In this document: positions 23,530-36,931 of the stretch, one piece after another | How the letters are laid out: each line of letters begins with the position of its first letter | How positions within the stretch are numbered: the stretch's first letter is position 1 | Assembly (NCBI GenBank): GCA_002269645.1 | Contig: NIVC01000106.1 | Coordinates: 875,502 to 939,501, forward strand | Direction: 5' to 3' | Origin: Macrostomum lignano | Lineage: Eukaryota | DNA length: 64,000 nt | Position numbers and translations under genes: made by a program | Notes under the pieces: generated by a model | Seen by the model: the letters and a program-made list of their open reading frames with translations, nothing else | Databases searched by the model: none | What the model was told of the DNA's origin: nothing

Positions 23530-26500
23530 TCACAGCTTCGACCTTGACAGCCAGTCGAATTCCTGAAATTGATGGACAGAATTTAGTTAGGGCATGCATG
23601 AGGTGCCAAGCAGTCGCTCCTGGCCAAGCGGACGAACACGTACGAAAGCACTGCCGCTCACGCAGGGTGTTACAGCGGCCATGGCCTTCTCATAGCATGA
23701 CAAGCTACATTGAGTACTTAGCTGCTCAGCTGCAGGAATTGTGAGACAAAACTGCAAAATGACTCAACATTCAGCAGATTGTTTGCGACACAAGTTAAGC
23801 AGAGCTGGCCGTGGTTAGTACAAAGGCGGCCATAGCAGTTTCTCACAATCCAACTGTCAGGAGGGGGCAGTTGACCCCCATCTAACTGCTAGGAGAAGGG
23901 CAGTTTCCCCCATCTAACTGCCAGGAGAAGGGCAGTTTCCCCCATCTAACTGCCAGGAGAAGGGCAGTTTCCCCCATCTAACTGCCAAGAGGGGGGCATT
24001 TGCCCCCATCTAACCGTCAGGGGGGCAGTTTCCCCCATCCAGCTGTCAGGAGGGGGCAGTTGACCCTCATCTAACAGCCAGGAGGGGGCAGTTTCCCCCC
24101 ATCTATCTACCAGGAGGGGGGGGCAGTTGCCCCCATCTATCTACCCGGAGGGGGGCAATTGCCCCCATTTATCTGCCAGGACCCCATCCAACTGTCGGGG
24201 GGGGGCAGTTGTCCCCATCCAACTGTCTTGGGGCAGTTGTCCCCATCCAACTGTCGGGGGCAGTTGTCCCCATCCAACTGTCGGGGGCAGTTGTCCCCAT
24301 CCAACTGTCGGGGGCAGTTGTCCCCATCCACCTGTCGGGGGCAGTTGTCCCCATCCAACTGTCGGGGGCAGTTGTCCCCATCCAACTGTCTTGGGGCAGT
24401 TGTCCCCATCCAACTGTCTTGGGGCAGTTGTCCCCATCCAACTGTCGGGGGCAGTTGTCCCCATCCAACTGTCGGGGGCAGTTGTCCCCATCCAACTGTC
24501 GGGGGCAGTTGTCCCCATCCACCTGTCGGGGGCAGTTGTCCCCATCCACCTGTCGGGGGCAGTTGTCCCCATCCAACTGTCGGGGGCAGTTGTCCCCATC
24601 CACCTGTCGGGGGCAGTTGTCCCCATCCAACTGTCGGGGGCAGTTGTCCCTGCTATGCGGTGCCATCACCTGCTGCTTGCGCTCCGCCCCAGTATCGATG
24701 ATGGCGTTGATGAGGCAGGGCCGGTCGCGAACCCCGGCGAACTCCGCAAACGCCTGGCGTAGTTCGCCAACGCTGCGCACCAATCGGCCGTAGCCGCCCA
24801 ACGCTTCGGCGGCCAAATCGTAGCGACACTCCGAGGTTAGCGACGTCGCCGGCAGGCGAAGGGCAGCCGACGCCGACGAAGCACCGGATGAAGGCGCGGC
24901 GCCGTCCTGCTGGAGCAGCTGGCGAAGGACATCAGCCGGCACGCCGGAATAAATTCCCGAATTGTTGATGACAACAAGCAGCACGGGCATGCGATAGCGG
25001 GCCAGGGTTTCCAGCTCTGCTAGGGAGAACCCGACAGCTGAGTCGCCTTCCAGGCATAAAACTCGACGATGACCAACTCGAGAGTCGCCGATGCACAGGT
25101 CGGCGGCGGCGGCGAAGCCGAGACCGACGCCCATCGTACCGAAGGTGCCGGCGTCCTTGAATAGCGAGGAATGGAGTTTTGACCAAGATAAGGATTTTTG
25201 GGTGCCAGAGTTCAAATGTGGATTTTTTGGTGCTAAAGTTAAAATGGGGATTTTTTGGTGCTAGAGTTCTCGGGTGTGCTAGATTCCAAATGGGGATTTT
25301 CAGGAGTGCTAGATCTCAGGGTGGATTTTCGGATGTGCTAGATCTCAGATGGGGATTTTTTTGTGTGCTAGATTCCAGATGGGGATTATCGGGTTTGCTA
25401 GCTTCCAAATGGGGATTTTCAGGAGTGCTAGATCTCAGGGGGGATTTTCAGGAGTGCTAGATCTCAGGGGGGATTTTCGGGTGTGCTAGATCTCAGATGG
25501 GGATTTTTGTGTGTGCTAGATTCCAGATGGGGATTTTCGGGTATGCTAGATTTCAGATGGGGATTTTTGGGTGTGCTAGATCTCAGATGGGGATTTTCGG
25601 GTGTGCTAGATTCCAAATGGTGATTTTCGGGTGTTCTAGATTTCAGATGGGGATTTTTGGGTGTGCTAGATCTCAGATGGGGATTTTTGGGTGTGCTAGA
25701 TTACAAATGGTGATTTTCAGGAGTGCTAGATCTCAGGGGGGATTTTCGGGTGTGCTAGATCTCAGATGGGGATTTTTGTGTGTGCTAGATTCCAGATGGG
25801 GATTTTCGGGTATGCTAGATTTCAGATGGGGATTTTTGGGTGTGCTAGATCTCAGATGGGGATTTTCGGGTGTGCTAGATTCCAAATGGTGATTTTCGGG
25901 TGTTCTAGATTTCAGATGGGGATTTTTGGGTGTGCTAGATCTCAGATGGGGATTTTTGGGTGTGCTAGATCTCAGATGGGGATTTTCGGGTGTGCTAGAT
26001 CTCAGATGGGGATTTTCGGGTGTGCTAGATCTCAGATGGGGATTTTCGGGTGTGCTAGATTCCAAATGAGGATTTTTGTGTGTGCTAGATTCCAGATGGT
26101 GATTTTCGGGTGTGCTAGATCTCAGATGGGGATTTTCGGGTGTGCTAGATCTCAGATGGGGATTTTCGGGTGTGCTAGATCTCAGATGGGGATTTTCGGG
26201 TGTGCTAAATTCCAAATGAGGATTTTTGTGTGTGCTAGATTTCAGATGGGGATTTTCAGGTGTGCTAGATTTCAGATGGGGATTTTCAGGTGTGCTAGAT
26301 CTCAAAGGGGGATTTGTTGGTGTGCTAGATCTCAAAGGGGAGATTTTCGAGTGTGCTAGATCTCAAATGGGGATTTTTTGGGATGCTAGATTTCAAATGG
26401 CGATTTTCGGGGCGCTGGTACCAAACATGGATTTAGGGTATTTAAACAGAGTTGAGCTTTAAATTTAGAAATATCGATAGATGACGAGAGTCGAAGCTCT

Positions 26501-29500
26501 TCTGATGAAAGGAAGAATGTAATCTAAGGATTGGCGAAGACAATAACTTCACATAAATTAAAACAAATAAATCGCCGATATGTATCGATAAAACAGTTTG
26601 CGGATCTACCAAAATCAATTAATAACAAAAGATATACGCAAATAACTTACCAGGCGCCTACGCGCCAAGCGATTAGGCAGCATGGCCCGCCCAATGTCCA
26701 TGCTGTTGGCGCCCTCGCTAACAATCAGCCAGTCGTCGCCGCTATTGTCAACAAATTTTGCTAATTCGTTCAGCGCCGAATAATACGTCATGGGCACGGT
26801 TTGGCCCTCGACAATCAGAGCGTCGACCCGGGCTCGATTCGCGGCCGAAGCGGCGTTGAGTTCGCGCCACCAATCGCTGCTAGAAGAGAATTCGAAGCCG
26901 TGCAGCTCGGATGACAACTGGAAGATCAGATAAGTTTATTGTATTATGCAATAATTAACGCTATCTATATTTTTGCCACAGTTTTGAATGAAAAACTGTA
27001 AAAAAGTAAGATTACCTGCTCAACAACAGCTGCCACACTGCCGCACAGGGCGACTTCGCAGGTGACATTGGTGTGAAACTCTTCAGGATGGATGTCCACC
27101 TATTAGGAGAGATAAAAAAACGTTCCTGACTTTGGAAAAAAAATCTTTTTTCCTAAATCCAAGGTAATTTATGAGCATTTAATTTACAAGGAATAGATTA
27201 ATCCAACAAGTAGAATAGAAGAAAACGTACTGCTGAGTACGATCAAACCGGACCAATAAAAACCAAGCGTTAGAAATTGTCTTTCTTAGTACTCATTCGC
27301 AATGCAAATGCGTGCGTACAAAAATTATCAGCCTTCTTACACCCCTGAAAGTAAGTAAGTACATTGATTTAGTTTGGAATGGGGGGGTTGGGGGCGGGTT
27401 CTTTATCGTCGGAGAGAGAAGAGAAACGAAGGGTTAGGGTTGATAAGGCGACGAGGCTAGAGGCAGCAGCCAGACAGGACTATCGACCAAGTGGGGAGGC
27501 GGGTGGGGGGTGGGTCTGATGGGTAGGAAATCTAGGGGTCTGTGAACGTACACTCCAACCCCCCCCCCCCTCAAACACTACGCCTTTTTCTCGCCCCACT
27601 CATCCACTCACCACCCAAAACCAACCTACAGTACTGACTCCGCAAGCTCCCACAAAACACACAAAGTAAAGGCAAAACTGGGCAAGATACAAAATCCAGT
27701 TTGGACAAGAAGCAGTTTAACTTAGAAATATTAGTTCCGCTATATTACTAATACGCAGTAATGGTGAAATGCGCTGTACTAGGCTGCGGCCTGATGGGCT
27801 GCAAGATTGCTGGCGAGCTAGCCCGTCAAGGCCATCGAGTCAAGATGACGGACAGCAATGCAGAGGTATTAAATAGCGCTTATCAGCGTATGGAAGAGGA
27901 CAAACAGGAGCTGCTTCGAGAAGGCCTACTGATGCAAGGCGCCTTTCCAGGCCAGGTGCTTTGCCTGTCCCGCCTAGAAGAGACCGTCTCGGATGCCGAA
28001 TTCATATTCGAAGCTGTGCACGATAATTTGGATACGAAATCGGACCTATTAGAAAAGGTTAGTCACGTGTGCCAGCCGGAGGCAGTGATCAGCACCAACA
28101 CTTTGCATCTGGATGTTAACGAAGTGTTTGCCAGGTGCGCCAAGAGGGAGAGATGTCTTGGCCTGCGATTCTTATTTCCTGTCTACTATATCCCGGAGGT
28201 GAGTCGGTTCGGACATGCTCATAATATAATATAGGTCATGCTGACAGTGTGATGGTGTCAGATGGGTCATGCTGACAGCAGGTGACAGATGGGTCATGCT
28301 GACAGCAGGTGACAGATGGGTCATGCTGACTGCAGGTGACAGATGGGTCATGCTGACAGGTGTCAGATGGTTCATGCTGACAGGTGTCAGATGGTTCATG
28401 CTGATAGGTGTCAGATGGGTCATGCTAACAGGTGTCAGATGGGTCATGTTGACAGGTGTTAGATGGGTCATGCTGACAGGATGTTTCAGATGGGTCATGC
28501 TGACAGGATGTTTCAAATGGGTCATGCTGACAGGATGTTTCAGATGGGTCATGCTGACAGGATGTTTCAGATGGGTCATGCTGACAGCATGTTTCAGATG
28601 GGTCATGCTGACAGGTGTCAGATGGGTCATGCTGACACCAGGTGTCAGATGATTCATGCTAACAGGTGTCAGATGGGTCATGTTGACAGGTGTCAGATGG
28701 GTCATGGTGACAGATGTCAGATGGGTCATGCTGACAGATGTCAGATGGGTCATGCTAACAGGTGTCAGATGGGTCATGTTGACAGGTGTCAGATGGGTCA
28801 TGTTGACAGGTGTTAGATAGGTCATGCTGACAGGATGTTTTAGATGGGTCATGCTGACATGTGTCAGATGGGTCATGCTGACAGGTGTGAGATGGTTCAG
28901 GCTGAGTCAGGTGTCAAAGCTACATGAAAAATGTAAGCTACCACAAAACAACTTCAACAACAGGTTGAGATTAATCCAAGCCGAGACACCTCCTCAAGCA
29001 CTACGGAAAGAGTTCGTCGCCTCCTAGAAGACATGGGCAAGACTTTGTTCTTTCGCAGCGGCGGCAATCCGCTGATTCTAACCGAGGAGCAACGCGAAGA
29101 GAGACGCAGAGTGGTGCTGGAGCAGCTGCACAGGAGCTCGGGCTTCGGCAGGGCTGAACAGGCCAACAGTGTACCAGCTCTTGGCTGGGGCGGCGGCGGT
29201 GGAGGCGGCGGCTACCATCACAGTCAACAGCTGCACCAGGTGCACCAGGTGCAGCAACAACAACTGCAACAGTTGCTTCAACAGCAGCAGTCTGAGTGCG
29301 CCATCTGCTTGGATCGGGCCAGAGACTGCCTGCTGTCGCCGTGTCACCACCTGGCACTGTGCTGCACCTGTGCTCAGCTGCTGCACTCGAGACGCGACTT
29401 TTGCCCGGTGTGCCGTCAGCCAATTCAAGACGTTATCAAGGTTTATCACACCTGACTGAAGCTGGGGTGCGCTAAAGTCTAGTCTTGTAGTTAAAATTCT

Positions 29501-32500
29501 GTCTCACTGTACATGTAGTAGACTGTGAAGAAGAATGGTTAAGGACAGGGGTTCGCCGGTCAATTTTAAAGTTTCGTCCATTATTTTTCTTTCTATTACG
29601 AGTCTTGTAGAACTCGAATAGTACGATCATCATTCGGTAAGCAAAGTTCGTTCTTTCCATACCGAAAAACAGAGACAGCATGATCTTCTTTCCATGTGCG
29701 TCCCTTTGAGCTTTTACCGGAGGATTGGTCCTTCCTGCTTCGAACTGCTCAACCCAGTTGTAGACGGTCATCCTGCTCACCGCATTAGCTCCATGAATGT
29801 TGCATAAATCCGCATAAATCTCTGATCGCTTTTTTCCGAGTTTCCAGAGGGTAAAAATTGCAGCGCGCTGTCCTTCCCTTGAGTTCAGTTCCATAAGTAC
29901 TTATCGTAATTCAAATTGCCGCGATATCTGCGATACTACTACACTTAAACTATAGTTTGTATAGAAGACAGCACTAATATTTTGCTGCGATCTAAAACTG
30001 TTATGTTTTTGTTGACCCAACCATAAACATTTTTCTAATGATATTTTTTATGTACACGTATGATAACCCTCTCATTTCTCACATGCAGAGCTGGTGGTCA
30101 GTAGCACCTGTACACAGACAGGGTTAAATATTTTATTCACTGCGATCGATTTTTATCTTCGAAATCTATATACACACACAGGACCCGCGAAATTTGAATC
30201 GGACTATGTTCGTTATTTTTTATTATTAATCAGCTTTTAACCAGTTTCCTGCCTCCAATGCTAATTCTCTAAACTCTTTTATATCCTACAGAAAGACATA
30301 AAACAGACAGTGCATTAGCTAGACTACTCTTGGGCTCTTAGTGGAGGCCCCTGTCTCTTGGGTGGGCGCCCCTGTCTCTTGGGTGGGCACCCCTGTCTCT
30401 TGGGTGGGCGCCCCTGTCTCTTGGTGGGCGCCCCTGTCTCTTGGGTGGGCGCCCCTGTCTCTTGGTGGGCGCCCCTGTCTCTTGGGTGGGCGCCCCTGTC
30501 TCTTGGGTGGGCGCCCCTGTCTCTTGGGTGGGCGCCCCTGTCTCTTGGGTGGGCGCCCCTGTCTCTGGGTGGGCGCCCCTGTCTCTTGGTGGGCGCCCCT
30601 GTCTCTTGGTGGGCGCCCCTGTCTCTTGGGTGGGCGCCCCTGTCTCTTGGGTGGGCGCTCCTGTCTCTTGCTGGGCGTCTCTGTTTCTTGGTGAGCCTTC
30701 CTACTTCTATTACTATGTCGGTGGATGCCACGTTCAAAGAGCTGCCGTCATTAATATAGCCTTAGTTTTTACCTGAATAAATTTGACATCCGGGGTCCAG
30801 CGAGGCGGCCGGCCAAAGTGCAGGATCCAGTTGAGCCTGGCGCCCAGCAGCACTACCACATCGGCTTGCTTCAGCGCCCTAGTCCGAGCGGCCGACACGC
30901 AGCCTGGATGATCGTCCGCGGCAACGCCCTTGCCCATGGGGGTCGGCAGGAAGGGCAGCCTGGTTGATTGGATAAGCTGGCGAACTGCCAGCTCCGCTCT
31001 GCCCTGTGCGGCGCCCTTGCCAATCACCACGAGGGGCCGACGGGCGGAGCGAAGCAGCCGGGCGGCGGCTGACACAGACTGGGGATCCGCCAGGGTGACC
31101 GGCGGCTGCGGCAGCGGCGGAGGGAAGCTGTGGAGGGGATAGGATACCCATGAAAACGGTACCTAGGTCAAAAAGCGTCCAAGAGTCCTTGCAGGTAAAA
31201 TAGGAAATAACTGACCCTAGACGGCTCAAAAAACGAGATTTCACGTTACAAGTCGCCTAGAAGTCAATTTAAGGTGTTTTATCATCTACGACTCTGAAAC
31301 GACTCCGGAGCCGTAGAGTCGTATCTGAGGCGTCCTAGAGTCGCTGTAGAATCACTGAGTTGCATCTAAAGCGCATCTGCGTCAATTTATATATAATAAC
31401 TTTATTAAGTTAGCGCAAACAACAACGACTATTGAAAAACTTTGTTGCGACTGTTACGATTCTACAACTCGCGTGATGCGATCTTGACTCAAAATCGCCT
31501 CTCGGTGGTTGCATTACAGTCGTTTGAGTTGGCAAAGAGTCGCTAGAGTCATTAGTAAGTTGTTTGCAAAGATTCTTTAGCGATTATGGTCACGGTAACG
31601 TTTTCAACAGGAAGGTGTTGTGTCGTGTCGAGACTGCTCAAGAGCAATCATTTTACTAGGACAGTATTGAAAACAATTTCTTTACTTTTCAACTACCAGT
31701 AGAGTAGCAAATAAAAGTTTCCTAAAATTAATTTTATACACGCAATATTCTACTGTTTTTACTGCAAGTAAAGTATTAAGGAAATATTTGATGTTAGATG
31801 TTTTTCTAGCCCGATTTGTCTATGGCCAAACCTCATTCAGCGATATGTAAAATGCGCTATGCGCTTTGCGATATGCACAAATGTATATGTTTAGCATTAT
31901 CGTTTTTAATTAATTTTTGCAAATTTGTTATTTAGTAGAATCTCACTGGATCTCCTCAGAATCAACTGACGACGTAACAAAATCGCCAGGTAGGTCCAGG
32001 TACACAGCACCAGGCCGCCCGTAGGTGGCCTGTTTCACTGCCTGATAGAAAAAGAACATCAAAACTGCAATAAGATTTCACTATGAACGATTTAAACACA
32101 AAATCAAACGTAACAAGATCTAATGCGAGAGTCAACCTTGTGCACAAAATGCGGAATTCTGGCAATTGACGGTAGGCGGGCGCTGAACTTGCAGAACTTG
32201 GCCGCAGCCTCTGCCTGCGGGAACTCCTGGAATGCCTCGCTGCCATCCAGGTGCGAGTCGCTGGCGCCGCCGATCACCAGCACTGGCCTGAGGGGGTTGT
32301 GGGCGATTCGCTTAAACCAACGAGTAGGACTTGGGATGTTGCGATGGCTGGCTTGTGTTGCCTCGCTGTTGGCCCAGCAACTCGGGATCTGAGAGGCTGG
32401 CCCAGCAACTGAGGATCTGGGAGGCTGGCCCAGCAACTCGGGATCTGAGAGGCTGGCCCAGCAACTGGGGATCTGGGAGGCTGGCCCAGCAACTGGGGAT

Positions 32501-33375
32501 CTGAGAGGCTGGCCCAGCAACTGGGGATCTGGGAGGCTGGCCCAGCAACTGACACTCTGGGAGGCTGGCCCATGCAGCCACTGGGGATTTGGGAGGCCGG
32601 CTCAGCAGCAACTGAGGATCTGAGAGGCTGGCCCAGCAAATAAAGATCTGGGAGGCTGGCCCAGCAACTGACACTCTGGGAGGCTGGCCCAGCAACTGAC
32701 ACTCTGGGAGGCTGGCCCAGCAACTGAGGATCTGGGAGGCTGGCCCAGCAACTGACACTCTGAGAGACTGGCCTAGCAACTTAGGATTTGAGAAGTTGTT
32801 CCAGCAACTGAGGAACTGGGAGTAGCAAGCAAAGGCACAATGCTCACCAGCAGTTTTCATTTGCATTGGACAGTCCGGCCAGTGCATGCACAACTCCAGG
32901 ACCGGAAACAACCAGACAGACTCCTGGCCTAGAAAATGTTAAAATTTTGTTGGGATTTCAGCGACTGCAAAAGTTAGTCTACAGTTAAATCTTCACGATT
33001 AGATTTTCGATACATGTATAATTTATTACTTACTTCCCAGTAAGATAGCCAATTGCTGATGCAGCATAGGATGCCTGAAAAGTCACAATATTACTGCACA
33101 ATATTTTCACACAGTAACAAATGATTCACTTGAGTTAAAATAATGGAAACCTACAGACTGTTCATTGCGCATTGCAACAAACTTGATACCGGCAGATTGA
33201 AAGGCAACAGCAACCTCTACCACAGGAATTCCAACTATGCCAAAAGCATATTCAATGCCCTGGAAAGTCAAACAAGGAGTGCAAGATGTATATTTATGCA
33301 GCCCAATAAACTGCTGCTGCACAAATTACCAACCTGTGAGCGAAGGGCTTGAGCCAGCACTGTTGCTCCATCCAT
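23530..33375 (-). CDS. HACL1: 2-hydroxyacyl-CoA lyase 1 (TPP-dependent, peroxisomal alpha-oxidation), 579 aa, 11 exons
   Basis: Exons 33375-33334, 33259-33155, 33074-33034, 32928-32848, 32287-32137, 32041-31947, 31127-30773, 27099-27016, 26917-26651, 25155-24670, 23562-23530 (1740 nt, phases consistent). Motifs [47 protein letters not shown] motif EGDSA..NN. C-terminus [10 protein letters not shown] carries an SKL peroxisomal targeting signal (PTS1). Confidence 0.96.
23855..24650. repeat. 27-30-bp G/C-run minisatellite in the last HACL1 intron
   Basis: GGGGGCAGTTGTCCCCATCCAACTGTC units, starting ~15 nt after the donor at 24669. Confidence 0.95.
25225..26410. repeat. 30-bp minisatellite in a HACL1 intron
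   Basis: GTGTGCTAGATCTCAGATGGGGATTTTCGG units. Confidence 0.95.
27761..29455 (+). CDS. Nested gene: 3-hydroxyacyl-CoA dehydrogenase NAD-binding-like domain fused to a C-terminal RING-HC finger (309 aa), 2 exons
   Basis: Exons 27761-28198 (GAG|GTGAGT) and 28964-29455 (CAG|GTT), phase 0. N-terminal Rossmann motif [41 protein letters not shown]-terminal [30 protein letters not shown]. Confidence 0.92.
28255..28900. repeat. 24-bp minisatellite filling the nested gene's intron
   Basis: CAGATGGGTCATGCTGACAGGTGT units. Confidence 0.95.
29540..29894 (-). mobile_element. Internally deleted mariner/Tc1 transposase relic
   Basis: N-terminal HTH of mariner type ([46 protein letters not shown]) joined directly to a [10 protein letters not shown] catalytic-domain motif. 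TIRs not identified. Confidence 0.7.
30345..30680. repeat. 20/21-bp minisatellite
   Basis: GGGCGCCCCTGTCTCTTG(G)GT units. Confidence 0.95.
32375..32815. repeat. 28-bp minisatellite in HACL1 intron 4 (same family as 42555-43065)
   Basis: GGGAGGCTGGCCCAGCAACTG followed by AGGATCT, GGGATCT or ACACTCT. Confidence 0.95.
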
Positions 33376-34125
33376 GTGAGTTTAATGATTCAGAAGTGAT
33401 TATAACAGTTTTTGTGGTTATACATTCAACGACTTTGAGGCAATTTATTAAAGATAATTTGAGAGCATTAGTCCCAGTTTATTATGTAGATTTAATAAGT
33501 AGCTTAATTAAGTAGTTTCTTTACCATATAAGTTAAAGAAACTACTTGGTTCTTATTAGTTGTTGTTATTAATAAATGAAAATACACTGACTGATAACTT
33601 AATATATAACATTTTACAATAAATAGAATTAAAAAATGACATTTAATAACACTAAAGGAGCACAAGAACCTGTACATACAGCTGATTTGCTTGCAGTGCA
33701 TTTTGCCCACAAGCAAATTGCCTACTGGGTTTTTTCTCACCAAGGTTTTCCAAATGCTTTTTTTTCTAAAACACCTTTTGCAACACATCATAATGTCTTA
33801 GATTCTTCAAATTCTTTTGATTTATCAAAGTCTTAATAAAGAGATTTACCCAATCAAAATGCTTTAACAGTAACTGCATATAAAATTTTTTATCTTTCTT
33901 GTAGGTAAGCAGGGGTACATCAGTGAGCTATTAATAAATGCAAGTTTATGCACTTACAACAAGGGTAGGCATTGGGAGAAGATGCAAATAGTATCTAATA
34001 CATGGCAAAATGCACTACAAGAAAAAAGCATTGATAGAAAAACTTGGCAGTCAATTTGCTTGTGGGCAATAATTCATTAGCAAGCGAATTGCACTATGGG
34101 AAAATCTCAGCAGGCAATTCTCTGC

Positions 34126-34297
34126 CATGCTTGGGTGCAGCCTAGGAATTCACCTGGCTGTTTCTATTGGCAACACATACATTTAAGTCACTATTGGATA
34201 GAATAGTAGTCAGGTGACTGCTCTTAGCCAATAGTGACCTACATGTGTGTGTTGCCAATAGAAATGGCCAGGTGATTCCAAAGGTTGCACATGTATG
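34126..34297. mobile_element. Palindromic hAT-type MITE (family with ...GGTTGCGCATGTATG end)
   Basis: Long internal inverted repeat, 8-bp TSD TTCTCTGC/TTCTCTGT, and homology along its length to the copies at 45658-47545. Confidence 0.85.
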
Positions 34298-35037
34298 TTC
34301 TCTGTGCAAAAAGTAGCAATTCACTCATAGTCAAAATATACTATAGGCAAATATTGGTAGGGAAAAAAGTTGGTAGACAAATCTCCTGCGGGAAAATCTC
34401 TGAGCAATTTGTCTGTGGGAATTTTTTATGGACCCTAATAATATGAGCTAAGTCTTTATATGAAATACTAAAAACTTATATTATTCATGCAGAGATCCAA
34501 AGAGTTGAATAAGGGTATAGATTACTAGGGTATATGTATAGCATAGGCATGTTTATTTACATGATAATATATATACAACCCATACATGGCTATAGAAAAA
34601 ATCGAACTTAATACAAGGCCTGTTCCCTTTGCATCCCCCCTGAATCTAAAATACTAATCATGTTGGTCTTAGTATATTCTAAGTTATTTATGGCTATAAT
34701 TATAAATTAGGCCTACTATCAGTATCACATATTTAGATAACTGACTAAAGTGTAAGCATTTTGTAGTAGTAAAATTAAACCAAAATACTGGGCCTTAATA
34801 ATAACCACCCTAATAGTAAAACAGCTGTTGAATGCTGGCATTTACTAGAAAATTCTACTTGTTGCGCTGGCAATAAAAAAAATTACTATACCAAATACTA
34901 CTAGTAAGTAAAAGGCAATAGTTAAGTGTAAGGTTTAGCAATGTTTGAACTGATTAAGATGAAATAAATTTAGTGTAATGCGAATGTAACTTCTAAATAA
35001 TTTAAAACAAAAAATTCAAAAAAATCTATAGTTGATT

Positions 35038-35217
35038 CAGTGGCGGATCCAGTATTTTTAAAGTAGGTGGGCGGGCGCTGGGCGGATTGGCCTAACTTTT
35101 TGGGTTGGCCCAAAATAAGCCCAAAAAGCCCAAAATTGCAATACTCCCTTTTATATTAAATTCAGCCACGGCAAAAGAGAGGGCGACCGCCCCAGCCACC
35201 ATCTGGATCCGCCACTG
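35038..35217. mobile_element. hAT-type MITE
   Basis: Perfect 15-bp TIR CAGTGGCGGATCCAG and 8-bp TSD AGTTGATT/AGTTAATT. Confidence 0.88.
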
Positions 35218-36931
35218 AGTTAATTATGAGATGAAGCACCAGGTTCGGAGAAGCAGATTCACATTATCTCTAGGAAAGTTCTTAGAAAGTATCAAACTCA
35301 AAAATGTATCAAAAGCTACAGACGCTTAAACAAAGAAGAATTGTTTCACAATAGTTTTGTCAAAAGTTAATGTATAAGACAATGTTTTATTGCTTAAAAA
35401 TTCTATTATGCAAGAATAATGCTTTTTGATGTGCTAAACGATTGTGACTTGATTCGTTTAGGATGATTTCATGGTAATTTTAGGTGGTCATCACTTTTCG
35501 CAACTGTCGCGGCCATCTGAATTGTCCTTGACCTTGTCCCTGTTTTCTTTCTCAGTCTAGTCAATTTCAGTTATTTTCATTACTTTCTACTTGCGCCTCC
35601 ACTCCGACCTTAAGCTCTATACGTGTCGGCAACCCTGCAACGGCCACCTGCATGCATGGACAACAAAAGTAGTCTACTCCAGTGTTGATGAACTCACCCC
35701 TTTTTAGAATTTTTATAAATAAAGTCGTTTTGGGCTGTGCCGCAGTCACTAGTTTATTATTTCAAACTACATGAAATTCAAATAAGTCGCAACTTCGTTT
35801 CTTATTATTTTTGTATATCACTTTGACTGCGCGCCGAACAGTCTGCTATTAAAAAACCTTTCTGCGGTCACTCCAATTATCTTTATGAAATACACGATTA
35901 TGAAAAAAGTAATTTTTTACGAACAATTGCAACTTTAGCATGCCGTCATACTGTACATGTATCAAAATGAAGCAATTTAATCGTTGAGTCAGCATTGAAG
36001 TCCAACATAAACGTCATGGCTGCAAAGCTATAATAGACAAATAAAAAGACAAAGGGCGCACCACATTTAAACATAAGATGCAAATTTGCATCTGGACAAG
36101 CATATAGTTTTTTTCTATTGTAGATTATAAATGTATAAATAAATCGGTTCGTTTTAACAAATTTCAATAGCTACTATGAAGCTACGCTATAAATATCCAG
36201 CCGGAGAAAACAATTGAGTAATCGGACGTTGCGGTTGTTTTTAAATCAGTTGGTTGCCAAAAAACTACAAAGCCCAGTTTAGTCACGGTGACAATACAAG
36301 AACAGAACTACAAGCCCAATGCCGACATGGAGGTTGCTGAGTAACACGGGTAGTTGTGACAGAATGAGCGTTCAAAACCTAGCTCTACTAATATAAAAAA
36401 TTGCATCGTAAAAAAGCAAATTTAAATAAGAGCACAACTGCCAACTGTTTTGAAAACCGTGAACCAGGAAATTTAAACGAAGTTCGTGCAATAATGCCGG
36501 AAACTAGCAACGCACACAATGTCTCACGCGCACTCAATAGCAAAATAAACATTTTGAACACTTCAAAACAAAAAACATCCATACAAAAATGCACAACCAC
36601 AATGAATGCGCAAACTAGCCTACTCGCTAATAAGTAGTCTAAAATTAAAGGAAAAATTAGGTGCATTGTGTAGTTGTTTATTAATTTTATTAAATATCAA
36701 CAAGGTTATTGTTCTTTTAATAAATTATTGGCAAATAAACGTTCGCGAACTTCAAAGATTCCGCTTGCTTCAAACTGCATGAAAAGAATGAAAAAGTTAA
36801 ATTAATAATTAAACAGCTTAAAAATTATATACTTGCGTACGTGCAGTTTTATGAGTAGTTAAATAAATAAAATAACATCAATTATAAGACGAAATTATCT
36901 AGTTAAAAAATTATGAATTAACGGGCTGAGT

